Origin: Methanobacteriota archaeon
GTDB lineage: Archaea > Thermoplasmatota > Poseidoniia > MGIII > CG-Epi1
Assembly: GCA_029977605.1 (NCBI GenBank)
Contig: JAPOKN010000001.1
Location: 28,064-92,063 of the forward strand
Direction: 5' to 3'
Length of the DNA stretch: 64,000 bases
The notes beneath the pieces are model-generated. The model made no database searches and was not told where the DNA came from. It saw nothing but the letters and a program-made list of their open reading frames with translations. Positions 18,270-28,590 of the stretch are shown here, in pieces; position 1 is the stretch's first letter; every line of letters begins with the position of its first letter. A program made the position numbers and the translations under genes.

Positions 18270-20033
18270 TTAACTAGAATAGTAGTATTCTTTCTTACTT
18301 TTCTGTTCTCTGTCCAATCTTGAACCTGGTTTGTTGACTCGTGGCCTATGTGTATTTTTATCTCGTCTGAAGGTTACATCTACTCTTTCTAAGAAAATAT
18401 TCATTCCCTCGCGCATTTTGTAGGGCCCTTCGACAATTCCCTTTGACCCGGGCTCTCCACCAAAACATAAGATTCCATCTGAAATATAATCAATAAAATA
18501 AATGTCGTGATCTACAATTAGAGCCGATTTGCCTCTGTTCTCCATGAATCTTCTTATTGTTTTGGCAGTTACCATTCTTTGATTTGCATCGAGATATGCA
18601 GAAGGTTCGTCCAATAAATATAAATCAGCTTCTTTGAGTAAGCATTCAGCAACAGCAACTCTTTGTAACTCTCCGCCTGAAAGAGTTTGCATTTCTCTTT
18701 CCAGTAAAGGTTCTAAATTGAGAGGTCGATTTAATTCGGTACTAAATGTGTGTTCATCATATCCTTCAACGGATTTTAGTAAGTCTTCAACGATTACTCC
18801 TTCTTGAATATCAATGTACTGAGGCTTGTATGAAACAGCAATCTCATTTTCGATTTTACCTTTGTCAGGTTCTAATTCTCCAGCCAGCATTTTGACAAAT
18901 GTAGTTTTACCAGTGGCATTAGCTCCTACCACACCTAAAACCTGACCGCTTAGAAGTTCACCGGCCTTTGATTCAAGATTAAAACTACCTAATTTCTTCG
19001 ACAGTTTAGGCCATTCAACTAGCCCCATTCCATCCCATCCGGTTCTTGGTGGATGTTCCAAAAATTTTATTGGTTTGTCTCTAATTCTGACGTTCTGCTC
19101 AGGTAAATATCCTTCAATATATGCATTAATAGCTTTACGGGTTGTTCTAGCTGGAGTAAATATTCCAAAAGCTCCCTTCTTTCCATAAACAATATGAGTT
19201 AAATCTGCAATTACATCTAATACAGCTAAGTCATGTTCAATAACAATCACCCTTGCCGATTCAGAAAGTTCTTGGATAATTCTTACAATCCTCATCCTTT
19301 CATAAATGTCAAGGTAAGATGATGGTTCGTCAAAGAAGTAAACATCAGCTTGCTTTAGCAATGTTGCACAAATTGCGACACGTTGTAATTCGCCTCCAGA
19401 TAGTTGGTCTAAATTTCTTTCTAAGAGGTGACCTAATCCAAATTTTTCTATCATTTCATCATATAATCCCCTTTCGTTTACTGAGGATAGAAGTTTCCCT
19501 ACATTCCCTTTGAAAGCTTTGGGAATGTGATCAACGTACTGAGGCTTTAACGCTACTTTAACAGTAGACTCATTTAAGTCAGCTAGAAAATCTCTCAATT
19601 CACCTCGTGGTAATGTTTCAATTACATCCTCCCAAACACACTCATTTGATTCGAATTCACCGAGATTTGGAATTATGCTTCCATTTAAGATATTGAATGC
19701 AGTAGATTTCCCCATCCCATTTGGCCCTAATATTCCTATTATAGAATCCTTAGATGGAGTAGGTAATCTAAACAGTCTAAAACCATTGAGCGAATACCTG
19801 TGAATCATATCAGTTTCTAACTCTTCAGGGAGATTGATTACTTTGACAGCATCACCAGGACAATTTTTAGCCCTCATCAAGCAAGGCGGACATGCGTCTT
19901 CTAAAATTTTACATTTATCATTCTCATCGACTTGTATACATTCAGCGCCACAAGACCCTGCATATTTTTGCAAATATTCAAAGGCGGGGCTATTTGGTTT
20001 GCATCTATCTTCAAATAAAACGGCAATTCTCAT
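18270..20033 (-). CDS. abcE1: ABCE1 / RNase L inhibitor ribosome-recycling ATPase
   Basis: N-terminal di-cluster 4Fe-4S domain (CKPNSPAFEYLQKYAGSCGAECIQ...CPPCLMRAKNCPGDA) followed by two ABC cassettes (GPNGMGKST / LSGGELQR, GANATGKTT / LSGGELQR). Confidence 0.95.
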   Translation of the reverse strand: MRIAVLFEDRCKPNSPAFEYLQKYAGSCGAECIQVDENDKCKILEDACPPCLMRAKNCPGDAVKVINLPEELETDMIHRYSLNGFRLFRLPTPSKDSIIGILGPNGMGKSTAFNILNGSIIPNLGEFESNECVWEDVIETLPRGELRDFLADLNESTVKVALKPQYVDHIPKAFKGNVGKLLSSVNERGLYDEMIEKFGLGHLLERNLDQLSGGELQRVAICATLLKQADVYFFDEPSSYLDIYERMRIVRIIQELSESARVIVIEHDLAVLDVIADLTHIVYGKKGAFGIFTPARTTRKAINAYIEGYLPEQNVRIRDKPIKFLEHPPRTGWDGMGLVEWPKLSKKLGSFNLESKAGELLSGQVLGVVGANATGKTTFVKMLAGELEPDKGKIENEIAVSYKPQYIDIQEGVIVEDLLKSVEGYDEHTFSTELNRPLNLEPLLEREMQTLSGGELQRVAVAECLLKEADLYLLDEPSAYLDANQRMVTAKTIRRFMENRGKSALIVDHDIYFIDYISDGILCFGGEPGSKGIVEGPYKMREGMNIFLERVDVTFRRDKNTHRPRVNKPGSRLDREQKSKKEYYYSS

Positions 20034-20144
20034 TTTTTGATATTTTTGAAAGACTTAGTCTTGTCGTATTTCCTTTTCATAGTACGAGTAATTAAAATCA
20101 TATGGTCATCCAAAGATACTTTTGTCCCCCTTTAATGGGATGTT

Positions 20145-20582
20145 GTGCGAATTAAATTTACATTACCGGGAAAGCCAGTTGCTCAAGGCAGACCCCGTTT
20201 TTATCGTAAGGGAAAATTTGTAGTTGCTACAGATCCTAAACCAAGTAAAGTTTACAAAGCAGATATTGCATATATCGCCCAGAGAGCTAGAGAGGAAGCA
20301 GGAATTGAAGGTCTTTTTGAAGGTCCATTAGGCATGGAAATTTTCGCTTACTTTCCATGTCCTAAAAGTAAATGGAGAGTAAAAATTCCTAGAATCGAAG
20401 AACATCATGCAAAAAGGCCTGATGCCGATAATTTAGCTAAATCAGTAAAAGATGGTCTGAGTGGAGTTTTGTATCATGACGACGGTCAAATATCGGAATT
20501 AGTAGTTAGAAAGAGAATTGCAGCTCAAGGAGATGGTCCTAGAATTGAAGTCGAGCTATACAAATTGGAGCCTTTAGAATGA
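20145..20582 (+). CDS. rusA: RusA-family Holliday junction resolvase (phage-type)
   Basis: IKFTLPGKPVAQGRPRF resembles the RusA N-terminus (ITLPWPPS.NR). RPDADNLAKSVKDGLSGVLYHDDGQI matches the RusA catalytic Asp/Lys block (D-x-D-N-x-x-K-A...DD.Q). GTG start. The stop overlaps the folD start (ATGA). Confidence 0.75.
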   Translation: MRIKFTLPGKPVAQGRPRFYRKGKFVVATDPKPSKVYKADIAYIAQRAREEAGIEGLFEGPLGMEIFAYFPCPKSKWRVKIPRIEEHHAKRPDADNLAKSVKDGLSGVLYHDDGQISELVVRKRIAAQGDGPRIEVELYKLEPLE

Positions 20583-21400
20583 GTTCAATCATAGATGGTA
20601 AAGAAATAGCCAAAGAAATCGAAACTGAATTAACCGCTAAAGTAGCAGCAATGGAGAGTGCTCCTAGACTTTCAGTGGTTCAGATAGGAGATGACCCGGC
20701 CTCCGCATCTTACATTAAAGCAAAAGCTAATGCGGCATCTAGAGTTGGTATTTACCTTACACATCATCATTTATCGGTAGATACTTCAGTAAAAGAATTA
20801 GAAAATCTCGTCGATGAATTAAATAAAAGCGAAGATGGTCTCATAATTCAATTACCCATTCCTAAGGCTTTGGAATCTGTTCTGGAAAGAATTAAACCCG
20901 AAAATGATGTCGATGGCTTTCATTCCGAAAATTTAGGAAAATTAGTTCAGGGGATTTCAGGAATGGTTCCTTGCACTCCGGCAGGTATTATTGAGCTGTT
21001 ATATCGCTCTGGAAATAATCCTGAGGGTAAACATGTTGTCGTTGTTGGCCGTAGCACAATAGTTGGTACTCCACTTTCTCTTCTATTATCTCAGAAAGGA
21101 GTAGATGCAACTGTTACACTGTGCCACAGTAGAACTAAATCTTTGCAAGAACATTGTAAACAAGCAGATATTTTGGTAGCTGCAGTTGGAAAAGCTAATA
21201 TGATTACTAAGGACATGGTAAAGCCTGGCGCAGTAATTATTGACGTAGGAGTTAACAGAACATCAGAAGGGTTGGTTGGAGACGTATCGCATGATGTTAG
21301 AGATGTTGCAAGTCAGATTACGCCAGTTCCAGGAGGGGTAGGGCCAATGACTGTTGTAATGTTAATGTCTAATACTGTAAAATCAGCTTTAGAAAACTAA
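20579..21400 (+). CDS. folD: Bifunctional methylenetetrahydrofolate dehydrogenase/methenyl-THF cyclohydrolase
   Basis: IDGKEIAKEI..., SYIKAK (YxxxK), VVGRSTIVGTPL, and GGVGPMTVVML near the C-terminus. 273 aa. Confidence 0.9.
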   Translation: MSSIIDGKEIAKEIETELTAKVAAMESAPRLSVVQIGDDPASASYIKAKANAASRVGIYLTHHHLSVDTSVKELENLVDELNKSEDGLIIQLPIPKALESVLERIKPENDVDGFHSENLGKLVQGISGMVPCTPAGIIELLYRSGNNPEGKHVVVVGRSTIVGTPLSLLLSQKGVDATVTLCHSRTKSLQEHCKQADILVAAVGKANMITKDMVKPGAVIIDVGVNRTSEGLVGDVSHDVRDVASQITPVPGGVGPMTVVMLMSNTVKSALEN

Positions 21401-22735
21401 GTTTTTGAAAAGTACCCACGGACTAGTCAACTGGCGTTGGGCTTCTTTTGATGTTAAGCTCTCGGATAATATCTTTTGGAGTTCAGGCTTCCTTTGTGCC
21501 TTACCGATAAACCAATTTATCAACCATTTTCTTCTAGTATAATTTTGAATTTTAAAAGAATTTGTCAACTCTTTACCTAGTATTTCCCAAATCTCCTTCT
21601 GGTAATTTTCTCCGCAATCCAAGTTAAAGTTATTTCTATTTTCTTTGAAATGCTTTACAGCAATCTTTGCAGACAGCAGGGCATTACCTATGCCTTCTCC
21701 AGTAAAAGGATCTACTAAACTTCCGGAATCTCCTACTAGAAGGCAACCATTACCAAACATTCTTCTTAGTTTCATTTTATCTTTTCTAGGTGAACCCAAC
21801 GGCAATTGCCATGCTTTTCCACTATCTTTTATCAATTCAGCATTTTTAAATCTAGATACAAACTTTTCTTCTATTATATATTTTTGAAGTTCCTTTAGTT
21901 TCATTTCTTTATTCTTAAAATCTTTAAGCGTAATTCCTAAGCCTACATTGCACGCATTATCGCCAACTGGAAAAATCCAAAAATATCCCGGAATGACTCC
22001 ATCTACATAGTGGAATTCTATAGATCCTTTTTGATAATCTACACCATTTACTCCTTTCCAGTACTCCCTATATGAAGTACTCCAATGTTCTTTTTTGATA
22101 AATTCTTCACCATTTATTTCAGACACGATTGTTTTAGCAACAGGGCAGTTTACTCCACCAGCACCTATAGTTATTGGGGCATAGAATTCTTTCTCGCCAA
22201 ATCCATTCTTACCTTTTACTCCAATTATTCTATTATTATTTTCACTATCAATTATTAAATTATTAACTCTGAACTTTTGAATTACAAAGCCTCCCTTATT
22301 TTCCACTCGATTCTTTGCCTCATTAAATAAAATCCAATCAAAATTTATCCTTGGATAAACATATCCTGTAGCTTCAGAATCTTTAATTTCAACTTTTACT
22401 TTTTCTTCTTTTGTGTTACTAAATGTTACACTATCAAATATGAAATGTGGACTTTTTTCAAGACTTTTTAACACATTCAATTCTTCTAAATGCTTTAGAG
22501 CTTTTCCACCAACTGCATCTCCACAAACTTTGTCTCTGGGAAATTCTTCTTTTTCTAATAGTAAAACCTTGAATCCTTCATTAGCAGCATAACAGGCGGC
22601 TGCAGATCCTGCAGGCCCGCCACCCACAATAATAACATCGAAATTTACCTCATCAATTGGAATCTTTTTTGTCTTTATATTTTTTTCCCAAAAAACATCA
22701 GTTTTATTCAGCACAATTTTAGAACTTATTGCCAT
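21389..22735 (-). CDS. Geranylgeranyl reductase family FAD-dependent oxidoreductase (COG0644) with C-terminal extension
   Basis: VIIVGGGPAGSAAA dinucleotide-binding fold, KVCGDAV, and LVGDSGSLVDPFTGEGIGNAL (the GDAAG...GEGI signature of GGR/FixC). 448 aa. Confidence 0.75.
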   Translation of the reverse strand: MAISSKIVLNKTDVFWEKNIKTKKIPIDEVNFDVIIVGGGPAGSAAACYAANEGFKVLLLEKEEFPRDKVCGDAVGGKALKHLEELNVLKSLEKSPHFIFDSVTFSNTKEEKVKVEIKDSEATGYVYPRINFDWILFNEAKNRVENKGGFVIQKFRVNNLIIDSENNNRIIGVKGKNGFGEKEFYAPITIGAGGVNCPVAKTIVSEINGEEFIKKEHWSTSYREYWKGVNGVDYQKGSIEFHYVDGVIPGYFWIFPVGDNACNVGLGITLKDFKNKEMKLKELQKYIIEEKFVSRFKNAELIKDSGKAWQLPLGSPRKDKMKLRRMFGNGCLLVGDSGSLVDPFTGEGIGNALLSAKIAVKHFKENRNNFNLDCGENYQKEIWEILGKELTNSFKIQNYTRRKWLINWFIGKAQRKPELQKILSESLTSKEAQRQLTSPWVLFKNLVF

Positions 22736-22793
22736 TAATAAACGTTTTCAGTATAGCAATACAAATTTTAAGACCTCTGCTAATCTCATATTA

Positions 22794-23909
22794 ATGGCAG
22801 TAGCTTCTAAGGCTAATAATTCTAAAAAACATAGAATTATTGGCGCAGGTCTTTCTGGACTTTCTGCAGCAATTAATTTCGCTAAGAATGATGAGAAAGT
22901 CGTGATTCATGAATCAAGAGAAGATGTGGGTATGCAATTTCACCCCAATTATCAAGTTTTACTAAAGGAAAGTCCAGACACACCTTCTTCTGAAGCTGGA
23001 GCTAAACAATATCTGAACAGATGGGGGTTAAATCCTAAATTTACTTTCAAAGATGCAAAAAAATTTATCTGCTCTACAGAAAAAAGAGATTTTACGATTT
23101 CATTGAAAGAGCCATTACCTTTGATTCTACGAGGTGGTGAGAATTCACTAGAGAGAGGGCTCGCTAATGAGGCTAAAGATTTAGGTGTTGAATTTAAGTT
23201 TAAATCAAGGCCCAAGCCAAAAGCAGGAGATATTCTTTCGACAGGTCCAAAGCGTACAGATATGGTTGCTTTTGGGGCATACTATGAAAATTCAGATTTT
23301 CCTCGAGATCAGTTTTTGTACATGCATGATGAAAAATATTCTCCAAGAGGATGGTATCTGTACGTGATTCCCATGGATGATGATACTATTAAGATTATGA
23401 ATTGTTGTTCAAAGCCGTATGCAAAACAAGTCAGGAAATTATTGTATAAGGCAGTTGAAGAGCGAGATATTCTGAAGAATATTGTTGACGGTGCAAAACC
23501 CACAGGTACAGTGGGAGGCCAAGGAGGTGTCGATTTCCCTAAGACTGCAATTAAGGACGGAGTTTATCACACTGGTGAAGCTGCAGGTTTTCAAGATCCT
23601 TGGAGAGGATTTGGAATGAATTATGCGATTGAATCTGGAGCTCTTGCTCAGAGAGCTATATCAGAATCTTTAGATTACGATAAATTATGGAAAAAACAGT
23701 TTCATCAAAGGAAGAAAGCAGATATCGCCCGCAGAGGAATATTCGCACTTCTCGGCAATCGGGCATTCGAATATGGTATGAGGAAAGTTAAGGATGGAGA
23801 CGAAGTTGATTGGGAAGAGATTAATCCTAGCGGTTGGAAAAAATCCTTAATCTACAACACTTTTTATTCAATGGAAATGGCTAAGAAAACAATGTGGGAT
23901 TCCTGGTAA
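22794..23909 (+). CDS. Geranylgeranyl reductase-like FAD-dependent oxidoreductase (divergent paralog)
   Basis: HRIIGAGLSGLSAAI Rossmann motif and C-terminal GEAAGFQDPWRGFGMNYAIESG. Divergently transcribed from 21389..22735 across a 58-bp spacer. Confidence 0.6.
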   Translation: MAVASKANNSKKHRIIGAGLSGLSAAINFAKNDEKVVIHESREDVGMQFHPNYQVLLKESPDTPSSEAGAKQYLNRWGLNPKFTFKDAKKFICSTEKRDFTISLKEPLPLILRGGENSLERGLANEAKDLGVEFKFKSRPKPKAGDILSTGPKRTDMVAFGAYYENSDFPRDQFLYMHDEKYSPRGWYLYVIPMDDDTIKIMNCCSKPYAKQVRKLLYKAVEERDILKNIVDGAKPTGTVGGQGGVDFPKTAIKDGVYHTGEAAGFQDPWRGFGMNYAIESGALAQRAISESLDYDKLWKKQFHQRKKADIARRGIFALLGNRAFEYGMRKVKDGDEVDWEEINPSGWKKSLIYNTFYSMEMAKKTMWDSW

Positions 23910-24112
23910 TGGATCTCACAGGTTTAGTATCTTATATTATTTCAGCTTTTTCAATTTTAGCAGGAGTTGCTATATTCTTTGGTGAAGAAGAATACATTGT
24001 TCCGGCTTCAGGTCGCTCGCTCAGATTACCCTGTTCTTTTCTTTTTTGGTTTCTTGCCTTAATTTTCTGGGCCATGGCTGTTGAAGTTGAGGATGACGAT
24101 AGTATCATATAA
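23894..24112 (+). CDS. Possible small 2-TM membrane protein
   Basis: 72 aa with two hydrophobic helices and an acidic C-terminus. Overlaps the upstream gene end by 16 nt. Weak evidence. Confidence 0.2.
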   Translation: MGFLVMDLTGLVSYIISAFSILAGVAIFFGEEEYIVPASGRSLRLPCSFLFWFLALIFWAMAVEVEDDDSII

Positions 24113-24132
24113 TCAATTCTTTAGTCTAAAAC

Positions 24133-26385
24133 ATGTCGGATTTTGATGTGATTAGTAATTATTATTCCCAAATGCCTGAGAAGATAGAGCAGGCTAGAAA
24201 TATCCTAAAACGTTCATTGACTTTAACAGAAAAGATTCTTTTTAGTCATTTGGTTAAAATTGAAAATGTGCCAAAAAGAACTAAATCATATGTTGAATTA
24301 CAACCTGATAGAGTTGCAATGCAGGATGCAACAGCACAAATGGCACTATTGCAATTTGCATTAGCAGGGCGTAATGAAGTTGCAGTTCCTTCTACAGTTC
24401 ACTGTGATCATTTAATTAAAGCTAGGTCCGGAAGGGATGCTGATTTAGCGCATGCGAATGAAGTGAGTTCGGAAGTTTTCAATTTTTTAAAATCAGCTTC
24501 AGCCAAGTATGGGTTAGGTTTTTGGGAACCTGGAGCTGGAATTATACATCAAGTTGTTCTTGAAAATTATGCATTCCCGGGTGGAATGATGATTGGTACA
24601 GATTCTCACACACCTAATGCAGGAGGATTGGGTATGGTTGCAATTGGTGTAGGGGGAGCTGATGCCATGGAAGTAATGGCAGGTTTACCTTTTACAATTC
24701 GCTGGCCAGGAATTATTGGAGTTCATTTAACAGGAGAGTTATCTGGTTGGGCTTCTGCTAAGGATGTAATATTAAAAGTATGTGAAGAGTTAACCGTCAA
24801 GGGCGGAACGGGACATATAGTAGAATACTTCGGCCCTGGCACATCATCAATTTCATCAACAGGCAAGGGGACCATCTGCAATATGGGTGCTGAAGTTGGA
24901 GCTACAACATCTCTTTTTCCATATGATGATTCTATGGATAAATATCTGAAGGCAACTAATCGTTCCGAGATAGCAGGTTTGGCTAAAGACTATTCTGAAT
25001 ATTTAGTCCCAGATTCAGATGTTGAACAAAATCCTGAAAAATATTATGATAAAATAATTGAAATTAATTTATCTGAGCTTGTTCCGGCGATTGTTGGGCC
25101 ACATAGTCCTGATTTAGCAAGACCTGTATCTGATCTGGGCGATGAGGCACGCGAAAAAGGATGGCCTACTGACATTCAAGCAGCATTGATTGGTTCATGT
25201 ACAAATTCATCATATGAAGATATGGAAAGGGCTTCATCAATTGCACTTCAAGCTAAGAATGCAGGACTTAAGTCCAAAGTTCAATTTATGGTAACTCCTG
25301 GTTCAGATACAATAGACAAAACTATCAGGCGAGACGGCCAAATGCAAATATTTGATGATATTGGAGGTACAGTGTTAGCTAATGCCTGTGGACCTTGCAT
25401 AGGTCAATGGCAACGTGATGATATTCAAAGTGGGGAAGTGAACTCTATAGTATCTTCTTATAATCGTAATTTTAGCGGAAGAAATGATGGCAATCATCAG
25501 ACATTGTCTTTCCTTACAAGTCCTGAGATAGTTACGGCAATGGCAATTGCAGGGACTCTTGATTTTAATCCAATAAAAGATAAATTAGTTACAGCAGACG
25601 GAGAGGAATTTTCCTTTAAGCCACCTGCAGGCGATCAATTACCGGAAAATGGTTTTGAATTTAATTTAGCAGGCTTTACACCTCCTTCTGACGGTTTAAA
25701 ATCTGTTGATTTGGCAGTATCTTCAGAAAGCAGAAGGTTAAAGTTGTTAGAACCTTTCGTTGCAACAACAAAAAACGATTTAGAAAACTTGCCAATTTTA
25801 GTAAAAGTTAAAGGTAAATGTACAACAGACCATATTTCTCCAGCAGGTATTTGGTTACAATTTAGAGGGCATTTAGACAATATTTCAGATAATTGTTACA
25901 TTGGAGCTCATAATTCATTCACGGAAGAGCAAGGTACAGCAATCAACCAACTAGATGGAACTAAAGGTAAATTGCCTAAGGTGGCCCGCAGTTATCATGA
26001 GAACAGACAAGGCTGGGCAGTTATTGCAGATGTTAATTATGGAGAGGGAAGCAGTAGAGAACATGCTGCAATGTCTCCAAGATTTTTAGGTTGTAAGGTT
26101 GTAATTGCAAGAAGCATGGCTCGGATTGCAGAAACTAATCTGAAGAAACAAGGGGTTTTACCACTTATTTTTGCAGATGAATCCTCATGGGATTTGTTGC
26201 GAGTAGATGATAGATTGACAATCAAAGGGACTGATGAATTAGGACCTAATTCCCAAGTTACTGTAGAAGTAAAACACAGTGATGAAACAATGGAAACTTT
26301 TGTTTGCAATCACAGTATGGATGAGCTTCAAGTTGAGTGGTTTAAGGCAGGTTCAGCCTTAAATTATTTGAGATTACAGAATTAA
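24133..26385 (+). CDS. acn: Aconitate hydratase (about 750-aa aconitase family)
   Basis: GTDSHTPNAGGLGMVAIGVGGADA, cluster-ligand region NACGPCIGQW, and C-terminal swivel domain with SREHAAMSPRFLG (SR active site). Confidence 0.9.
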   Translation: MSDFDVISNYYSQMPEKIEQARNILKRSLTLTEKILFSHLVKIENVPKRTKSYVELQPDRVAMQDATAQMALLQFALAGRNEVAVPSTVHCDHLIKARSGRDADLAHANEVSSEVFNFLKSASAKYGLGFWEPGAGIIHQVVLENYAFPGGMMIGTDSHTPNAGGLGMVAIGVGGADAMEVMAGLPFTIRWPGIIGVHLTGELSGWASAKDVILKVCEELTVKGGTGHIVEYFGPGTSSISSTGKGTICNMGAEVGATTSLFPYDDSMDKYLKATNRSEIAGLAKDYSEYLVPDSDVEQNPEKYYDKIIEINLSELVPAIVGPHSPDLARPVSDLGDEAREKGWPTDIQAALIGSCTNSSYEDMERASSIALQAKNAGLKSKVQFMVTPGSDTIDKTIRRDGQMQIFDDIGGTVLANACGPCIGQWQRDDIQSGEVNSIVSSYNRNFSGRNDGNHQTLSFLTSPEIVTAMAIAGTLDFNPIKDKLVTADGEEFSFKPPAGDQLPENGFEFNLAGFTPPSDGLKSVDLAVSSESRRLKLLEPFVATTKNDLENLPILVKVKGKCTTDHISPAGIWLQFRGHLDNISDNCYIGAHNSFTEEQGTAINQLDGTKGKLPKVARSYHENRQGWAVIADVNYGEGSSREHAAMSPRFLGCKVVIARSMARIAETNLKKQGVLPLIFADESSWDLLRVDDRLTIKGTDELGPNSQVTVEVKHSDETMETFVCNHSMDELQVEWFKAGSALNYLRLQN

Positions 26386-27350
26386 GATACGATTGAAGAG
26401 TGAGTAACTCCTTTTCCAGATTTAACGGAACCAATAATTTGAGAATGTTCTCCAAGGATTGATACAGATTTTTTAGCATCATCCTTGTTAACAATAATTA
26501 CCATACCCATACCCATATTGAATGTTCGATACATTTCCTTTGTTTCAATACTTCCTTTTTCTTGTAACCAGTCAAATATAGAAGGAATTGGTAAAGGATT
26601 ATCAATAAAATACTGGAAATTATTATTAATTCTACTAATGTTGTCTAACCCGCCACCAGTGATGTGAGCAATTCCGTGGACATCTACTTGCTTAATCAAA
26701 GCCATTACTTCTTTCACGTAAATTCTTGTTGGTTCAACAAGTTTCTTTCCAAGTTCCTTATCTCCATCAAATAACTTTCGAATCAAAGTATACCCGTTTG
26801 AGTGTGGTCCACTTGATTTCAGACCAATCAAAACATCTCCCTCTGATATTTTCGTACCGTCAATAATCTTGTCTTGTTTAACATAACCAACAGAAGTTCC
26901 AGCAATATCAAAACCATGAACTAATTCAGGTAATATTGCAGTCTCTCCTCCAGATAAAGTACAGTTAGATTGTTTACATCCTTCGGCTAACCCCATCCCA
27001 ATTTTAGCCATTAAATCTTCATCCGGTTTGTCTAATGCTACGTAATCAACGAAACTTAACGGTTCGGCACCAACACAAATTAGATCATTTGTATTCATAG
27101 CAACGCAGTCTATTCCGACAGTATGGATTGAGTCCATTTCTTCAGCCAGCAATAATTTACTACCCACTCCATCAGTACACATTGCCAATGCACCATCTCC
27201 TAGTTTAACTAATCCCGCAAATCCATTATCCAGTTTTATTGCTTCACCATCGCCCTTTCTGTTAACTCCTTTAATTTGAGCAATAAGAGCTTCAGTAGCT
27301 TTTTCACTTGCATCAATATCTACGCCAGCTTCAGAGTATGTGCTTACCAT
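26382..27350 (-). CDS. purM: Phosphoribosylformylglycinamidine cyclo-ligase (AIR synthase)
   Basis: AGVDIDA...DGVGSKL...GHSNGYTL(I/V)RK. PurM N- and C-domains. 322 aa. Confidence 0.88.
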   Translation of the reverse strand: MVSTYSEAGVDIDASEKATEALIAQIKGVNRKGDGEAIKLDNGFAGLVKLGDGALAMCTDGVGSKLLLAEEMDSIHTVGIDCVAMNTNDLICVGAEPLSFVDYVALDKPDEDLMAKIGMGLAEGCKQSNCTLSGGETAILPELVHGFDIAGTSVGYVKQDKIIDGTKISEGDVLIGLKSSGPHSNGYTLIRKLFDGDKELGKKLVEPTRIYVKEVMALIKQVDVHGIAHITGGGLDNISRINNNFQYFIDNPLPIPSIFDWLQEKGSIETKEMYRTFNMGMGMVIIVNKDDAKKSVSILGEHSQIIGSVKSGKGVTHSSIVS

Positions 27351-27355
27351 ATAGT

Positions 27356-28588
27356 TTACATCTTAGCGTAATAATTTTGTACAACTGTACTAACTTGTTC
27401 AATATCATCAATGTTACGTTGAACTAATGATTCGAGAATCTTTTGCCTATTCTGAGCCATTTCATCAAATTGCCTTGGTGCTACACCTGCAGCCTTAGAT
27501 ATTCGCTCACGTAGTTTACTTGGTACTCCAGTCTCTTCTAACTGATTGGATTGTCCATTCCATTTGAATAATGTATTAAGTCTAGGTTTACTACCTTCCA
27601 AACCAGCTAATTCAGAGACTTCAGTAATAGTTCTAATTTGCTTTCCATTAACATTTATTCTACTTTGCATTATAATTAAATGTAAAGCATTCATCATTAT
27701 TGGAGGGACTTCCATAGGTGGGTTAATTAATCTTGATACCGTTTCCTGAGCAGTATTTGCGTGAACAGTACCAAAACATCCATCGTGACCCGTGTTCATC
27801 GCAGTAAAGAGCGTTTTAGCCTCAGGACCTCTTACTTCACCAACAATTATTCTGTCAGGCCTCATACGCAATGTATTCTTTAGTAAAGAATCCATATCAA
27901 CTTCAGGTTCTTCTGGTTTTGTTGAGTTAAATGTCTCGAGTTGAACATGATGTTCATGCTTTAATTGAACTTCAGTAACATCTTCAATTGTAATTAATCT
28001 GTCCTTTGAAGGAATAAATAATCCTAATACATTCAAAGTTGTAGTTTTACCGGAACCTGTACCCCCAGCAACTAAAATATTAGATGGAGCAGAACCCATT
28101 CCATCGGCAAACATCCACAATAGTGAGGCTAACCTTGGAGACATAGTTCCAAATTTCATCAAATTAACAACAGTTAACGGATCATTCATCTGCTTTCTAA
28201 TTGTCATGGTTGGTCCATTCGGAGAAACTGGCGGAATTGTAGCATTTACACGACTTCCATCAGGTAATCTTCCGTCTAATAGCAAATTTCCAGGACCTAC
28301 TTTTCTACCTACGTATTTTCCAACTTTTTGAATAATTGCAGTGGCTTCCTCACTAGTTAATTTTACATTAGTTACACACATACCGTGTTTTCTATGAGCA
28401 ACCATCACAGCTTTGTCTGGATGATTATACATAATTTCTTCAAGATTATCGTCATCTAGCAATGGTTTTAGGGCACCATAGCTCGGAGATTTGACAGCCT
28501 TTGTCACTTGGTAAAGTGGTCGCTCAGCATCAGGTCTTTCGACGATGTTGGCAGTCGGGTATTGTTCTATTATTCGTCCTTGTTGCAT
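27356..28588 (-). CDS. TadA/CpaF/VirB11-family secretion ATPase
   Basis: Walker A VAGGTGSGKTTTLN, Walker B/His-box RIIVGEVRGPEA...NTGHDGCFGTVHAN. The ATG at 28588 is preferred (it follows the upstream gene's stop). The listed upstream extension would overlap that gene by 73 nt. Confidence 0.85.
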   Translation of the reverse strand: MQQGRIIEQYPTANIVERPDAERPLYQVTKAVKSPSYGALKPLLDDDNLEEIMYNHPDKAVMVAHRKHGMCVTNVKLTSEEATAIIQKVGKYVGRKVGPGNLLLDGRLPDGSRVNATIPPVSPNGPTMTIRKQMNDPLTVVNLMKFGTMSPRLASLLWMFADGMGSAPSNILVAGGTGSGKTTTLNVLGLFIPSKDRLITIEDVTEVQLKHEHHVQLETFNSTKPEEPEVDMDSLLKNTLRMRPDRIIVGEVRGPEAKTLFTAMNTGHDGCFGTVHANTAQETVSRLINPPMEVPPIMMNALHLIIMQSRINVNGKQIRTITEVSELAGLEGSKPRLNTLFKWNGQSNQLEETGVPSKLRERISKAAGVAPRQFDEMAQNRQKILESLVQRNIDDIEQVSTVVQNYYAKM

Positions 28589-28590
28589 AT

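Noticed and set aside
20034-20582. Possible prophage or integrated element around the RusA gene.
   Set aside because: No integrase, no flanking direct repeats or tRNA, and the neighbours are core genes (ABCE1, FolD) with overlapping stop/start to folD. Treated as a domesticated single gene.
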